In this document: positions 1-10,036 of the stretch, one piece after another
Layout: each line of letters starts with the position of its first letter
How positions within the stretch are numbered: the stretch's first letter is position 1
Source: Promethearchaeota archaeon
GTDB lineage: Archaea > Asgardarchaeota > Lokiarchaeia > Sigyniarchaeales > SOKP01
Reading direction: 5' to 3'
DNA: 64,000 bases
NCBI GenBank assembly: GCA_019058245.1
Contig: JAHPZJ010000028.1
Coordinates: forward strand, 128,001 to 192,000
Notes under the pieces: generated by a model
What the model was told of the DNA's origin: nothing
The model's input: only the letters and a program-made list of their open reading frames with translations
Database searches by the model: none
Translations under genes and position numbers: made by a program

Positions 1-417
1 GCTATTTACATTATCACCTTTTTTTCGTAAGGGTACAAAATGCCATTTTTTTTCTCTTGATAAGGGTGAAAAATCGATTCCTTTTTCTAATTTTCCTTCT
101 TTAAAATGTTCAAAAATTGTTTCTAAAGGCCTTTGAATTCCATCAAAGACATTTGCCATCAATCCAGGGCCTAACTCCATGGATAATGGTTTTTTAAGAT
201 TAATAACTTTTTCATATAACTTTAAACTATTTGTATCATCATAAGATTGGGCTACAATGTAATTAGAATAAATTTGAATAACTTCACTTAAAATATTATG
301 GTTAGAAATTTTGACTAAGTCATGAAGTCTTATTTCATTTTCCAATCCTTTTACTTTAATTATTGAACCTTTAATTGATGTAATTACACCATATTTATGA
401 AGTTCTTCGACTGACAT
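1..417 (-). CDS. atpA: A/V-type ATPase subunit A, second copy (N-terminal part; runs off the window edge)
   Basis: Not in the ORF track. Manual translation from ATG at 417 gives MSVEELHKYGVITSIKGSIIKVKG...[22 protein letters not shown]...KKWHFVP, collinear with the N-terminus of 5238..7088. Confidence 0.93.
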   Translation of the reverse strand, partial: MSVEELHKYGVITSIKGSIIKVKGLENEIRLHDLVKISNHNILSEVIQIYSNYIVAQSYDDTNSLKLYEKVINLKKPLSMELGPGLMANVFDGIQRPLETIFEHFKEGKLEKGIDFSPLSREKKWHFVPLRKKGDNVNS

Positions 418-457
418 TAATTACTATCCAAATTTTTTATTTATTTTTTTAATTATT

Positions 458-877
458 TTATTTATTTGGGGTACCACAAATGGGACATTTTTTGACATAA
501 CTTGGAAGTGTCATTCCACATTTCATGCATTTATTAATTAGAGGTTTACGATATTTAAAATTGAGGCTTACATCTGACAATTTTCTTATTTCAGGTTCCC
601 CTTCTATTTTATACGGTTCTTTTTTCCGATAAAGTTGATCTTTCCTTTTATCTTTATCAGGGAACATTTTTGAATAAAGATTTTTCGTCCGGTTTTTAAA
701 TATAAGTCCTAGAAAAGTTACAAGTATAAAACCGATAATTAGAATGATAATAAATGCATTTGTTTTAAATTTGATTAAAAAATATATTAGAATTAATAGT
801 AATATTATCAGAAAAATCATACTGATAGTTTTACGAATAACATCCTTCTGAGAGACCTTTTTGTTATCATTTTCCAT
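458..877 (-). CDS. Two-TM membrane protein with C-terminal zinc ribbon
   Basis: Two hydrophobic helices, then CMKC...CPIC at the C-terminus. Confidence 0.7.
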   Translation of the reverse strand: MENDNKKVSQKDVIRKTISMIFLIILLLILIYFLIKFKTNAFIIILIIGFILVTFLGLIFKNRTKNLYSKMFPDKDKRKDQLYRKKEPYKIEGEPEIRKLSDVSLNFKYRKPLINKCMKCGMTLPSYVKKCPICGTPNK

Positions 878-903
878 AATTCATTAATCAATTAAAATGT
901 GAG

Positions 904-3195
904 TCAAAAATATTTTTTAGAAATTTGTTTTGTAGCTTCAAGAATGTCCTCATGAATTTGCTTAGACTCAATTTCTCGTTCTATTTCTTCAGAAACAATA
1001 TCCTTTTCATCCCTTAATTTAAAGTTTATAATTGAAAAATTATCATCTAAATAAAAGGGATAAAATTTTATCCCAGATCCACTATAAAATTTGAAAAAGA
1101 ATTCATAAAAATTCAACCTCAACGCGTTTAAAAAGACTAATAATCCTTCTATAAGAATTACCACTATGTTGCCGAAAATTAAACCTACAGTTTTTGCAAA
1201 TTCAACCCAAAATCCCGATCCTTCAATTAAACCTGCCATCGCTTGGATGGCAATCATTAGAGCTATATGGGCTAGAGCTAATGCTAATAATCGTATATAA
1301 GAAGCAACATTGCTTATTACGGATAATAATGTTTCAAACGTTTCCATTGACCCTTCACTTACAAGATCTTTATATGATTCAGCTTTCATATACGATACAC
1401 CTAGAATTTTGCCAATAGGTTTTAAAATAAGGAGTAATATGCCTGGAATTAAGGGTAATAATATTGGAAATGGTGGTGATAGCCATGCATTTATGTCAAA
1501 TTTATAAGTTAAAATTAAAATCGTACCACCAATTAATAATAATATCTTAACGAATGAATCTGTAAATGCTAAATATTTTCTCCCTTGTCTCCAATAATTC
1601 AAAAACTGTATTACCCAACCTAAATTAATATGGATCACACCAACTAGTATTGCAAATATTAAAACCGCTGTTACACGCGAAATTGGATCATGTAATGACA
1701 TATTTAATATAGGAATTGTAATTGGATTTAGTTGAAGAAAAACGTGACCTCCAATTTCTATGTTATGCATACCAAAAAATTCACCATATAAAAAACCAAA
1801 TAAAACAGCCCCCAGACCACAATAAAAGATTATCCAACAAAAATTTAAAAAGTCAGTTCCTTTTTTATTTTTAAAAATGACAGCACCAATTAATCCTGCT
1901 ATAATTAAAACTATCCCATGACCAATGTCCCCGAACATCAACCCAAATAAAATAGGAAATATAATTGCTAAAAATGGTGTTGGATCAATTTCAGAATAAG
2001 AAGGAGTACCATACATTCTTGTTAATGTTTCGAAAGGTCTTACAAAAAAATTATTTTTCATAAGTCGTGGTGTTTTTTCTTTTAAATCTTTATCTGTTGC
2101 TATGTTACTCGAGATATCCTCTTTATTCTTAAGTTTATCTTTTGAATATGATTTTTCTTTTAATTTTTCTTCCCGTTCTGTTTCTTTAACTTTTATAATG
2201 GTTTTTTTTGATATTTCCATAGAATGAATATTTATCTTATCTTTGAAAACATCAATTAATCTTTTACGAACTTCCTCCTTTCGGTCCACAGGAATAAAAA
2301 ATTGAAGCTTTGAAGCATTTGATGATATATCTCTGAATTGTTGCTCAGCCCAATTATAATCTTCAATATTTTGAACAATTTCATACATAGCGGCGAATAA
2401 TACTATATTATCATCTTTAAGCCGCTCCAATTCTTTTTCATACTTAATTAAAGTATCTGAAATAAAATTAATTTCACTTTTAATTCTAGGAAAGTTAATC
2501 CCATCAGTAAGTAGATATTTTTTTAAAATGGGCACTTCTTCTACTTGAATAACCCGAAGTTTTTCTTTTAGATCTTCTTCTTTATCTTTAGGATAAATTG
2601 TGAAAAATGCTATTCGATCTTCTGAAATTTTTTGGGTGTCAAAAAAATTTGGAAAATTTGAAAAATCAAAAAGATTTTTTATGAAAACTAAATTTTTTGA
2701 AAAAGTGGTATAAACTCTAAAAGATAGCTGTTTCAATTGTGATAAATTATCTCGAGATACCCCAATATTATTTAGAAAATTATAACTTTCTTCAATAATT
2801 TTCATTTTATCTAGTTCAATATTAACTTTTGCTATATATTTTCCTAATTCCGCTACACGATTATTATAGAAATTAATCTCTTCTGAAATATAGTTTATTA
2901 ATTCAAGGATATCTTTAACAACAAACTCTTTTCTATCTTTTTTTTTAACATTTAACTTTTGTATATCATTATCAGTAATATTAAGCATTTTAAATAATCT
3001 TTCTATCTCAGCTCTTAATTTTTTTATTTTTTCAGAGAAAAGATCTCCTTTTTCGATATTTTCAATTATTTTTTCTTTTGGTCTAATATGAACTACTTTT
3101 ATTTGAGCTAATTCTTGTAACAGAAAATCTTTATAATCATTATGGATAGCTACATCAAATAAGCACATTACCGTCTTGGTTACCATCGCATTCAC
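904..3195 (-). CDS. atpI: A/V-type ATPase subunit I (a)
   Basis: Motifs YGTPSYSEIDPT, FGLMFGDIGHG, SYIRLLALALAH (essential Arg) and LRLNFYEFF. The start may be the ATG at 3186. Confidence 0.96.
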   Translation of the reverse strand: MNAMVTKTVMCLFDVAIHNDYKDFLLQELAQIKVVHIRPKEKIIENIEKGDLFSEKIKKLRAEIERLFKMLNITDNDIQKLNVKKKDRKEFVVKDILELINYISEEINFYNNRVAELGKYIAKVNIELDKMKIIEESYNFLNNIGVSRDNLSQLKQLSFRVYTTFSKNLVFIKNLFDFSNFPNFFDTQKISEDRIAFFTIYPKDKEEDLKEKLRVIQVEEVPILKKYLLTDGINFPRIKSEINFISDTLIKYEKELERLKDDNIVLFAAMYEIVQNIEDYNWAEQQFRDISSNASKLQFFIPVDRKEEVRKRLIDVFKDKINIHSMEISKKTIIKVKETEREEKLKEKSYSKDKLKNKEDISSNIATDKDLKEKTPRLMKNNFFVRPFETLTRMYGTPSYSEIDPTPFLAIIFPILFGLMFGDIGHGIVLIIAGLIGAVIFKNKKGTDFLNFCWIIFYCGLGAVLFGFLYGEFFGMHNIEIGGHVFLQLNPITIPILNMSLHDPISRVTAVLIFAILVGVIHINLGWVIQFLNYWRQGRKYLAFTDSFVKILLLIGGTILILTYKFDINAWLSPPFPILLPLIPGILLLILKPIGKILGVSYMKAESYKDLVSEGSMETFETLLSVISNVASYIRLLALALAHIALMIAIQAMAGLIEGSGFWVEFAKTVGLIFGNIVVILIEGLLVFLNALRLNFYEFFFKFYSGSGIKFYPFYLDDNFSIINFKLRDEKDIVSEEIEREIESKQIHEDILEATKQISKKYF

Positions 3196-3842
3196 ATTTT
3201 TATAAACTTTTTTTCATAAATTAGATCTTTTATACTTTTTAATCTTACAAAATTCTCTCGTTGAACTTCTTCTAATATATCTTTTATTTTTTTAATTTCT
3301 TGACTAAGTGAGGGGATAATAATATTATTTAATCCATGGATTCTTCGAGTTATTTTTTTAAAACTTAGCGAATGTTTTAACATTACATCTTCAATTTCTG
3401 CCAAATGAATCATTATATTGAAAAGATTTGTTAATTTTTTTATTAAGTCATCTAGATAATGACTTGTATATTCAAAAGAATAAGCGGGAAGTCTTTCTTT
3501 TCTTATTAGTTCATATTCTATCTCTGGTACTACATTACCAATCTTTTTTACATAGTTAACATTGATTGTTGGTGTGAATTGGATTTTGCTCAAACTGCTA
3601 ATTATTTTAAAATTGTTCTTTCCCATTTCCATATAAGTCTGTTGCAAGCAAATCATGACTTCTATGAATAGATTTAGGTAGTTTTTACGTTGTATTTTAT
3701 AGTCACTCCATAACTTTTTAATTGCAAATATTAATTGTTCTTGTTTAAATTCTAAAAAGCTCTTACCTTTCACAGCAAAGTTTAATCTTTTCTGTAGACT
3801 CATTAAGTTTGTTTTTGTAGGTTTGAATTCTCTAAAACTAAT
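3192..3842 (-). CDS. atpD: A/V-type ATPase subunit D (probable ATT start at 3842; ORF track starts at 3803)
   Basis: C-terminal TRRIHGLNNIIIP...RENFVRLK motif. The in-frame upstream extension SFREFKPTKTNL holds the conserved N-terminal KPT motif of subunit D, and AGGTG lies 10 nt before the ATT. Confidence 0.9.
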   Translation of the reverse strand: MSFREFKPTKTNLMSLQKRLNFAVKGKSFLEFKQEQLIFAIKKLWSDYKIQRKNYLNLFIEVMICLQQTYMEMGKNNFKIISSLSKIQFTPTINVNYVKKIGNVVPEIEYELIRKERLPAYSFEYTSHYLDDLIKKLTNLFNIMIHLAEIEDVMLKHSLSFKKITRRIHGLNNIIIPSLSQEIKKIKDILEEVQRENFVRLKSIKDLIYEKKFIKM

Positions 3843-3849
3843 AGTTGTA

Positions 3850-5241
3850 TTACACCTGCTCTTGATAATATTTTTTAATAAATTCTTGATGAATTCTATA
3901 TAATTGATTTTTTGGTAAAGCAGATAAAGCTTTCCAAGCTATTTTAAAAGTTGTTGTAAAATCTCGATTCTCATTTACATCTTGGTTTAAAAATTCTTTT
4001 TCGAAGATTTCTCCAAACTTTAACGTAGATCTTTGATTAAAGTTCAATCCATCTTCACCAACAATTGATATAAGATCTCTAACTTCAAGAGTATTTGAAT
4101 ATGAAGCTAATAATTGGGAACTTATATCCTTGTGATCCTCTCTTGTTGTATTTTCACCAATTGCATCTTTCATAAGTCGAGATATAGAAGCTAAAACTTC
4201 AAACGGTGGATATATACCTCTTTTATGCAAATTCCTATTAAGGACTAATTGCCCCTCAGTAATATATCCTGAGGTGTCTGGAATTGGATGAGAGATATCA
4301 TCATTTGGCATTGTTAGAATAGGTATTTGAGTTATTGTTCCTTTTTTACCTTTTATTTTACCGGTTCGTTCATAAATTGAAGCAAAATCAGTGTATAGAT
4401 ATCCTGGATAACCTTTTCTACTAGGAATCTCTTCTTTTGCTGAGCTAAGTTCTCTTAATGCTTCAGCATAATTAGTCATATCTATTAAAATAACAAGAAC
4501 GTGCATATCTTTATCAAAAGCGAAATATTCTGCAGTAGTTAATGCTACTCTTGGAATTATTAAACGCTCCATTATTGGATCATCTGCAAAATTTATAAAT
4601 GAAATGATGTTTTGGATATTTCCACTTTCTTGAAATCTATTTAAAAAATAAATTGCTTCATCCTGAATAATTCCTATCCCACAAAAAATAATTAGAAAAG
4701 GTTCTTCTGTTAAAACTCTAGATTGTGTTACAATTTGAGCCGCTAGTGCATTATGTGGCATTCCTTGTCCACTAAATATAGGAAGTTTTTGCCCTCTTAT
4801 TAGCGTAAACAGTCCGTCAATAACAGACATACCTGTCTGGATTACCTCGGTTGGGTATTCTCTTGCGAATGGGTTAACTGGTGCTCCATTAATATCTCGT
4901 TCAACTTCTGTTATCAATTCAGATTCTAAAACCTTTTTAGTATTTATATCAATTGGTTTTCCCAGTGAATTGAATGTTCTACCAAACATATCATTTGAGA
5001 TTTTAACTTTAAAAGAAGCCTCTGTAAAAAGAATTTTAGAATTCTCTGAAGATAAACCACTTGTATCTTCAAATACTTCAACAACAATAGTGTCTTCATC
5101 TATTTTTACAACTTGACCAGTACGTTCTATTCCACCATCAGTTAATATTTTAACAATCTCCCCATATTGTGCATCATGTTCATTACTTAAGAATAACAAA
5201 GGTCCTACAATTTGTTCAATTTTTCCATAGATAATACTCAT
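3850..5241 (-). CDS. atpB: A/V-type ATPase subunit B
   Basis: Motifs [32 protein letters not shown] and SRLMK. Confidence 0.98.
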   Translation of the reverse strand: MSIIYGKIEQIVGPLLFLSNEHDAQYGEIVKILTDGGIERTGQVVKIDEDTIVVEVFEDTSGLSSENSKILFTEASFKVKISNDMFGRTFNSLGKPIDINTKKVLESELITEVERDINGAPVNPFAREYPTEVIQTGMSVIDGLFTLIRGQKLPIFSGQGMPHNALAAQIVTQSRVLTEEPFLIIFCGIGIIQDEAIYFLNRFQESGNIQNIISFINFADDPIMERLIIPRVALTTAEYFAFDKDMHVLVILIDMTNYAEALRELSSAKEEIPSRKGYPGYLYTDFASIYERTGKIKGKKGTITQIPILTMPNDDISHPIPDTSGYITEGQLVLNRNLHKRGIYPPFEVLASISRLMKDAIGENTTREDHKDISSQLLASYSNTLEVRDLISIVGEDGLNFNQRSTLKFGEIFEKEFLNQDVNENRDFTTTFKIAWKALSALPKNQLYRIHQEFIKKYYQEQV

Positions 5242-7088
5242 TTTTCTCTAGAGCCCCCATATGATAATTTTAATGATTCTATTTCATTATTTAACCTTTT
5301 CTTTAATTTTTCTATATCCGAAAAATTATCATTAGAAATCGAATAACTTATTCTTAAAATGTCATTAATTACTTCGAGATTCTTAATATCTTCAATTAAA
5401 TATCCTGAATTTAATAAATCCATTCCTTCTTTATATAAAAGAAGAATTAATTTAATCTGACCAAGTAGTTTTTTAGTATCAGTGAAATTATCAATATCAT
5501 CAAAGGCATTTTGAATTAAAAAACTATTTCTAATTAATTTGGAAATAAAAAGAATTAATTGTTGATCATCAGGTAGATTTTCTTCCCCAATTAGTTGCAT
5601 TATATTTCTTAATTCATTTTCTTGAGAAAGAATGTTATTCACTCGATCTCTACTTTCATACCAATCAAGATTTATCTCAGGCCAAAAGATATCCCTATTA
5701 GACCACCAGTCGACTATATAATCGGGATAATTTGAATAAGAGTTGAGCCAATTTATTGCAGGATAATGCTTAGAGTAGGCTAGACTAGCATCTAATGCCC
5801 AAAAAGCTTGTACAAAACGTTTGGTGGTTGCCGTAACAGGTTCACTAAAGTCTCCAGAAGGTGGGGAGACAGAACCGATTATTGTTAAAGATCCATATCT
5901 TTCTCTATTCGCTGTATCTTCACCTAAAAGGTTTACAACTCCAGCTCTCTCATAAAAACTAGAAATTCTTGATGGTAAATATGCAGGATATCCCTCTTCA
6001 GCTGGCATTTCTTCTAATAACCCTGAGATCTCTCGTAATGATTCTGCCCACCTTGAGGTACTATCAGCTAATACTGCTACATCATATCCCATATCTCGAT
6101 AATACTCTCCAATTGTTACTCCTGAAAAAATACTAGCTTCACGAGCCGAAACTGGCATATTAGATGTATTAGCTATTAAAACTATTCGATTCAACAATGC
6201 CGTTCCACTTTTAGGATCAATTATTTCAATAAACTGTTTTAAAACATCTGCAATTTCATTTCCTCTTTCACCACATCCTACAAAAACAATAACATCAGCA
6301 TTACACCATTTAGCTAATGATTGTTGAATTACTGTTTTACCTGTACCAAAACCTCCAGGTACAGCAACAGTACCTCCTTTTGCTATGGGAAATAATAGGT
6401 CTATTACCCGCATACCCGTGATTAATGGTTCAATAGGAGATTCACGCCTCTTATAAGGTCTATTTTTAATAATTGGCCATTTTTGCAGCATATTAAAAGA
6501 TTTTTCAACTTTTTTTTCTTTCACGCAAAATAATTTGTCTTTAATCGTATAATCTCCCTCTTTAGCTATAAAACTCAATTTTCCCTTGATACCTATTGGA
6601 ACCATTATTCTATGTTCTATTACTAGAGTTTCTTGTACAGTACCAATAATATCACCACTACTTACGATGTCGTTTATATTTTTTTTGGGAACAAAATGCC
6701 ACTTTTTTACTCTTGATAATGATGGTAAATCATTCCCTCTTTCTAAAAAACCTTTATTGGTATTTTCAAAGGTTATATCTAAAGGTCTTTGAATGCCATC
6801 GAAAACATTACCTAATAATCCTGGACCTAACTCCATTGATAATGGTTCTCTTAAATTGGTTACTTTCTCACCCAACTTTAAGTTATTAGTACTCTCGAAA
6901 CATTGAGCAGTGGCGTGATCTGAATAAATTTGAATCACTTCACCTAATATATTTTGTTCAGATACTCTTATTAAGTCGTGAGTACGAACTTGACTTTCAA
7001 ATCCTTTTATTTCAATTAAGGATCCATTTATTGAGGTTATATACCCAAAATTTAACTTCTCATAAGCTTTTTTATTAGAAATTGTCAT
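5238..7088 (-). CDS. atpA: A/V-type ATPase catalytic subunit A
   Basis: Walker A GGFGTGKT plus [29 protein letters not shown] and EEGYPAYL. Confidence 0.98.
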   Translation of the reverse strand: MTISNKKAYEKLNFGYITSINGSLIEIKGFESQVRTHDLIRVSEQNILGEVIQIYSDHATAQCFESTNNLKLGEKVTNLREPLSMELGPGLLGNVFDGIQRPLDITFENTNKGFLERGNDLPSLSRVKKWHFVPKKNINDIVSSGDIIGTVQETLVIEHRIMVPIGIKGKLSFIAKEGDYTIKDKLFCVKEKKVEKSFNMLQKWPIIKNRPYKRRESPIEPLITGMRVIDLLFPIAKGGTVAVPGGFGTGKTVIQQSLAKWCNADVIVFVGCGERGNEIADVLKQFIEIIDPKSGTALLNRIVLIANTSNMPVSAREASIFSGVTIGEYYRDMGYDVAVLADSTSRWAESLREISGLLEEMPAEEGYPAYLPSRISSFYERAGVVNLLGEDTANRERYGSLTIIGSVSPPSGDFSEPVTATTKRFVQAFWALDASLAYSKHYPAINWLNSYSNYPDYIVDWWSNRDIFWPEINLDWYESRDRVNNILSQENELRNIMQLIGEENLPDDQQLILFISKLIRNSFLIQNAFDDIDNFTDTKKLLGQIKLILLLYKEGMDLLNSGYLIEDIKNLEVINDILRISYSISNDNFSDIEKLKKRLNNEIESLKLSYGGSREK

Positions 7089-7803
7089 AATCTTGTAAAT
7101 ATTTTTTTATAGCTAATTTTTGATCTTGAATGAATTTTTCATAATTTTCGATTATTTCATTTAGTTCTAAATATGTATCTGAAAAGATTTTTGAGAATTC
7201 AATTTCGATACTTGATCTTTTTTTATTTATTAAATTAACAATAGAAAAATCATAAGAAATGTTCATTTCAGTCTGTAAAATTCTAAATCCTCCAATAAAG
7301 TCATCATGTGTAGGATTTAATGTAACTCTATTGTTGAAAATACTTTGAATTTTATCAAATTTTTCAAGAAAATATTCATAATCTCTAGAATTTAAGTTTA
7401 TAACGACTTGAGGAGGTTTATCTATTAAATATTTGATTTTTTCTAAAGTTGCTAATAGGAATTTTATATAATTTGAATAATTACCTTTTATTTTTTTTTC
7501 CAAAAGTAAATTTAAATCCTTAATTAAAGTTAAAATTAAATCATTTTTAACGCTTAATGTTTCCTGTTTAATTTTTAACAGAGTCGAAGATATAGAATTA
7601 TTTAATTGTTTATTATATGCATCAATAAAATTATTTTTAATTTTTAAAGAACTTTCTGCTATTCGTTCTCTATACCTCTTTTTAACTTCTGCAATTTGAA
7701 ATAATGTTTGTTGATCAAGCTTTTTAATTTCAGTTTTGGCTTTATCAATAAGATATAATCCTAAATTCCCGAATCGTTCTTTTAATACATTAATTTCTGA
7801 TAT
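7075..7803 (-). CDS. atpE: A/V-type ATPase subunit E (probable ATA start at 7803; ORF track gives only the C-terminal 142 aa)
   Basis: C-terminal domain with IGGF motif, positioned between F and A. The frame is open upstream from 7503 to 7806 with coiled-coil-like sequence (SEINVLKERF...KAKTEIKKLDQQ...) and no ATG/GTG/TTG. Confidence 0.82.
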   Translation of the reverse strand: MSEINVLKERFGNLGLYLIDKAKTEIKKLDQQTLFQIAEVKKRYRERIAESSLKIKNNFIDAYNKQLNNSISSTLLKIKQETLSVKNDLILTLIKDLNLLLEKKIKGNYSNYIKFLLATLEKIKYLIDKPPQVVINLNSRDYEYFLEKFDKIQSIFNNRVTLNPTHDDFIGGFRILQTEMNISYDFSIVNLINKKRSSIEIEFSKIFSDTYLELNEIIENYEKFIQDQKLAIKKYLQDYDNF

Positions 7804-7815
7804 GATCTACATCTC

Positions 7816-8136
7816 TTAAGTTATAATTTTTTCAATAGATTCAAAAATTTTATTAAAAAATATATCTCGATGCTCAACATCTGGTTGGAAAATATTCGGT
7901 ATAAAAAATATAAATGGACTTTTATTGCTTATTTTAAATTCTAAAATAAAGTCTATAATTTCATCAGATAGATCCATAAATATGATTATCATTCCAATTG
8001 AGGAATCTTTAATCAATGTGTCAAATTTCTTAAGAAATTCTTCACTTTTTTCGATAATAGTACCATCTATACCTAAAAGACCAAATGTTAAAACAAATTC
8101 TTCTTGACCTAATACGTGAATTTTCTGATCTGGCAT
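7816..8136 (-). CDS. atpF: A/V-type ATPase subunit F
   Basis: KIHVLGQEEFVLTFGLLGI resembles the subunit F N-terminal motif; operon position and size fit. Confidence 0.88.
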   Translation of the reverse strand: MPDQKIHVLGQEEFVLTFGLLGIDGTIIEKSEEFLKKFDTLIKDSSIGMIIIFMDLSDEIIDFILEFKISNKSPFIFFIPNIFQPDVEHRDIFFNKIFESIEKIIT

Positions 8137-8447
8137 TAAAAATCAAAACCGATATCTTTTATAATTAATTCTATTAAGTTTTTTTTATTATCGTCATAAG
8201 CCTTTTTCATTTTATTTTTAAATTCTTTTAATTTCTCGTTTATAAAGATATTTTGATCCTCCAAATTTTTAGTTAAAGTTTTCAATGCTGAGTCAGATGA
8301 ATTTCGAAAATTATCAATGCTTTTTTCCATTAGATTTTCTTGTTCTTCTCTTAAACTTTTTAATTCAGTTAAATTCTCAGATTTAGCTTTTTCAATCAAG
8401 TTTTCATAAACTTTTTCGATCTCTTTAATCCATTCGAAAATTTCCAT
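8136..8447 (-). CDS. atpH: A/V-type ATPase peripheral stalk subunit H/G
   Basis: 103-aa charged coiled coil (IKEIEK...LIEKAK) inside the ATPase operon. Confidence 0.72.
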   Translation of the reverse strand: MEIFEWIKEIEKVYENLIEKAKSENLTELKSLREEQENLMEKSIDNFRNSSDSALKTLTKNLEDQNIFINEKLKEFKNKMKKAYDDNKKNLIELIIKDIGFDF

Positions 8448-8477
8448 TGTTATAACCTATCATTTTCTATATTTTTA

Positions 8478-9536
8478 TTATTCAATTAAATGTAATTTTT
8501 CAAATTTTTCATGAATTATTTTTACTACTTTTGGAATAATATGAAATCTAATTTCATTTTCTTTTTTTATAATTAATTCTAAGATTCTGAATATTGTAAT
8601 TAAATCAATTTCACCCATACTAATTTTAAATTTTATAAAATAATAATGAAGATATAAGTCTTCAATTGAACCAATTAAATGTTCTCTATCAACTAGTTTC
8701 TGCTCAGAGCCTCTTTTTAATTCCCTAATATTATCAATGTATTCTTCAACTAGAGAGGTTAGAACATTCAGATCCTCAATACTTAATAAATAATTTATCT
8801 TACCTATATCTAAAAATAAATGATAATCAATTAGAAATTGAGACAATAATTCTTTTTCAATACCATTTTTTAAACCTCGAAAAATGATATTTAAATTATA
8901 AATTTCAGTCTTATATTTTACAAATGTCTCTATGATTTTTCTTTCTTGAGCTCTCAAATTATTTAACTGAATTATCATGTTTTCGTAGTAAAATTTATCC
9001 AAAAAAGCTTCTAAAACAAAAATCTCTCTGTATTTTTTAAAATACGAAATACCTTCACTTATAGGTATATTATACCTTGTTTTTTTCATAAAATATTGAA
9101 TTTCATCCAAAGACGAGATTTTAAGTAGATCCTCAATGAACTCTGTGTTATCTAAATACTCTTCTACAATAAAGTTAACCATTTTTTTCTTATCTTTAAT
9201 GTTTAATCCTAAAATTGAACCAATAATAATTTGTTTAATATTTATTATTTCAAATTTTAAGAGATAGAATTTTAGAAAAGTTTTCATATTTGATGGTGAG
9301 TAGAGCATTATTTTACCAACCATCTTAATATAGTTATGATAAAGAGCCATTTCAATATTTCCAATAGTTTTTTCTTTTACAGCCAGATCTGGATAGAAAG
9401 GATTAATAAATTCTAAAAGCGTATCAATATTATTTATTTTGTCAATATTAAGTAAATTATAATCATCAATTATCAGCGATCTTAAAAAACCTATTCTTAT
9501 AAATGTGTAAGAATAGGATGGGACGATTGAACTCGT
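8478..9536 (-). CDS. atpC: A/V-type ATPase subunit C (AC39/d family; probable ACG start at 9536)
   Basis: Motifs FEIINIK, LEAFLDKFYY and EIYNLNIIFRG. The in-frame upstream extension SSIVPSYSYTFIRIGFLRS resembles the subunit C N-terminus, and GGTGA lies 7 nt before the ACG. Confidence 0.85.
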   Translation of the reverse strand, partial: TSSIVPSYSYTFIRIGFLRSLIIDDYNLLNIDKINNIDTLLEFINPFYPDLAVKEKTIGNIEMALYHNYIKMVGKIMLYSPSNMKTFLKFYLLKFEIINIKQIIIGSILGLNIKDKKKMVNFIVEEYLDNTEFIEDLLKISSLDEIQYFMKKTRYNIPISEGISYFKKYREIFVLEAFLDKFYYENMIIQLNNLRAQERKIIETFVKYKTEIYNLNIIFRGLKNGIEKELLSQFLIDYHLFLDIGKINYLLSIEDLNVLTSLVEEYIDNIRELKRGSEQKLVDREHLIGSIEDLYLHYYFIKFKISMGEIDLITIFRILELIIKKENEIRFHIIPKVVKIIHEKFEKLHLIE

Positions 9537-9591
9537 AAATTTATCACCATTATTTGAAAAGGATAAAAAAATTTATATAAGGAAACTGATT

Positions 9592-9960
9592 TTAAGGAAT
9601 ATCAGGAATCTTTGTCCATAAAAGTATAGCAATAATCAATCCATATATCGCTAAAGCCTCACATAAAGCAACAACCAAAAATGCTTTAAAAAATGTTTCT
9701 TCTCTTTCTGATAGAGAAGCAATTGCTGCAGTACCTACAGTTTTTAATGCCATTCCGCTTCCTACTAATGCAGCTCCAACTGAGATTGATGCTCCAATTG
9801 CTAATGCTGCTGCAGTTGTCGTATTATAATAATCAAAAGAATCTGCGGGGGTTTGTGCGGAAACAAATGTAATAATACCATTAACAGAGAAAAATACAAT
9901 AAAAATCAAGATCAATTGAAAAATACCCAGTAATAAGAAAAATTTATGCTTTCCATTCAT
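9592..9960 (-). CDS. atpK: A/V-type ATPase proteolipid subunit K (c), single hairpin with extra N-terminal hydrophobic segment
   Basis: ALCEALAIYGLIIAILL with the ion-binding Glu; first gene of the operon. Confidence 0.94.
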   Translation of the reverse strand: MNGKHKFFLLLGIFQLILIFIVFFSVNGIITFVSAQTPADSFDYYNTTTAAALAIGASISVGAALVGSGMALKTVGTAAIASLSEREETFFKAFLVVALCEALAIYGLIIAILLWTKIPDIP

Positions 9961-10024
9961 ATTATTCGCATCATAATAAATTTTTAAAAATTAAAATTTT
10001 AAAATATTAAAATCAAATTAAGCG

Positions 10025-10036
10025 TATAAATTTTCC
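10025..10036 (-). promoter_or_regulatory. Putative BRE-TATA promoter of the ATPase operon
   Basis: The minus strand reads GGAAAA-TTTATA about 65 nt upstream of the atpK ATG. The AT-rich background limits specificity. Confidence 0.4.

Noticed and set aside
7807-7812. TAG recoding (pyrrolysine or readthrough) to explain ATG-TAG at the atpE start
   Set aside because: TAG ends many intact genes in this window at the expected position (for example 18092, 24528, 54940, 61494), so general reassignment is unsupported.
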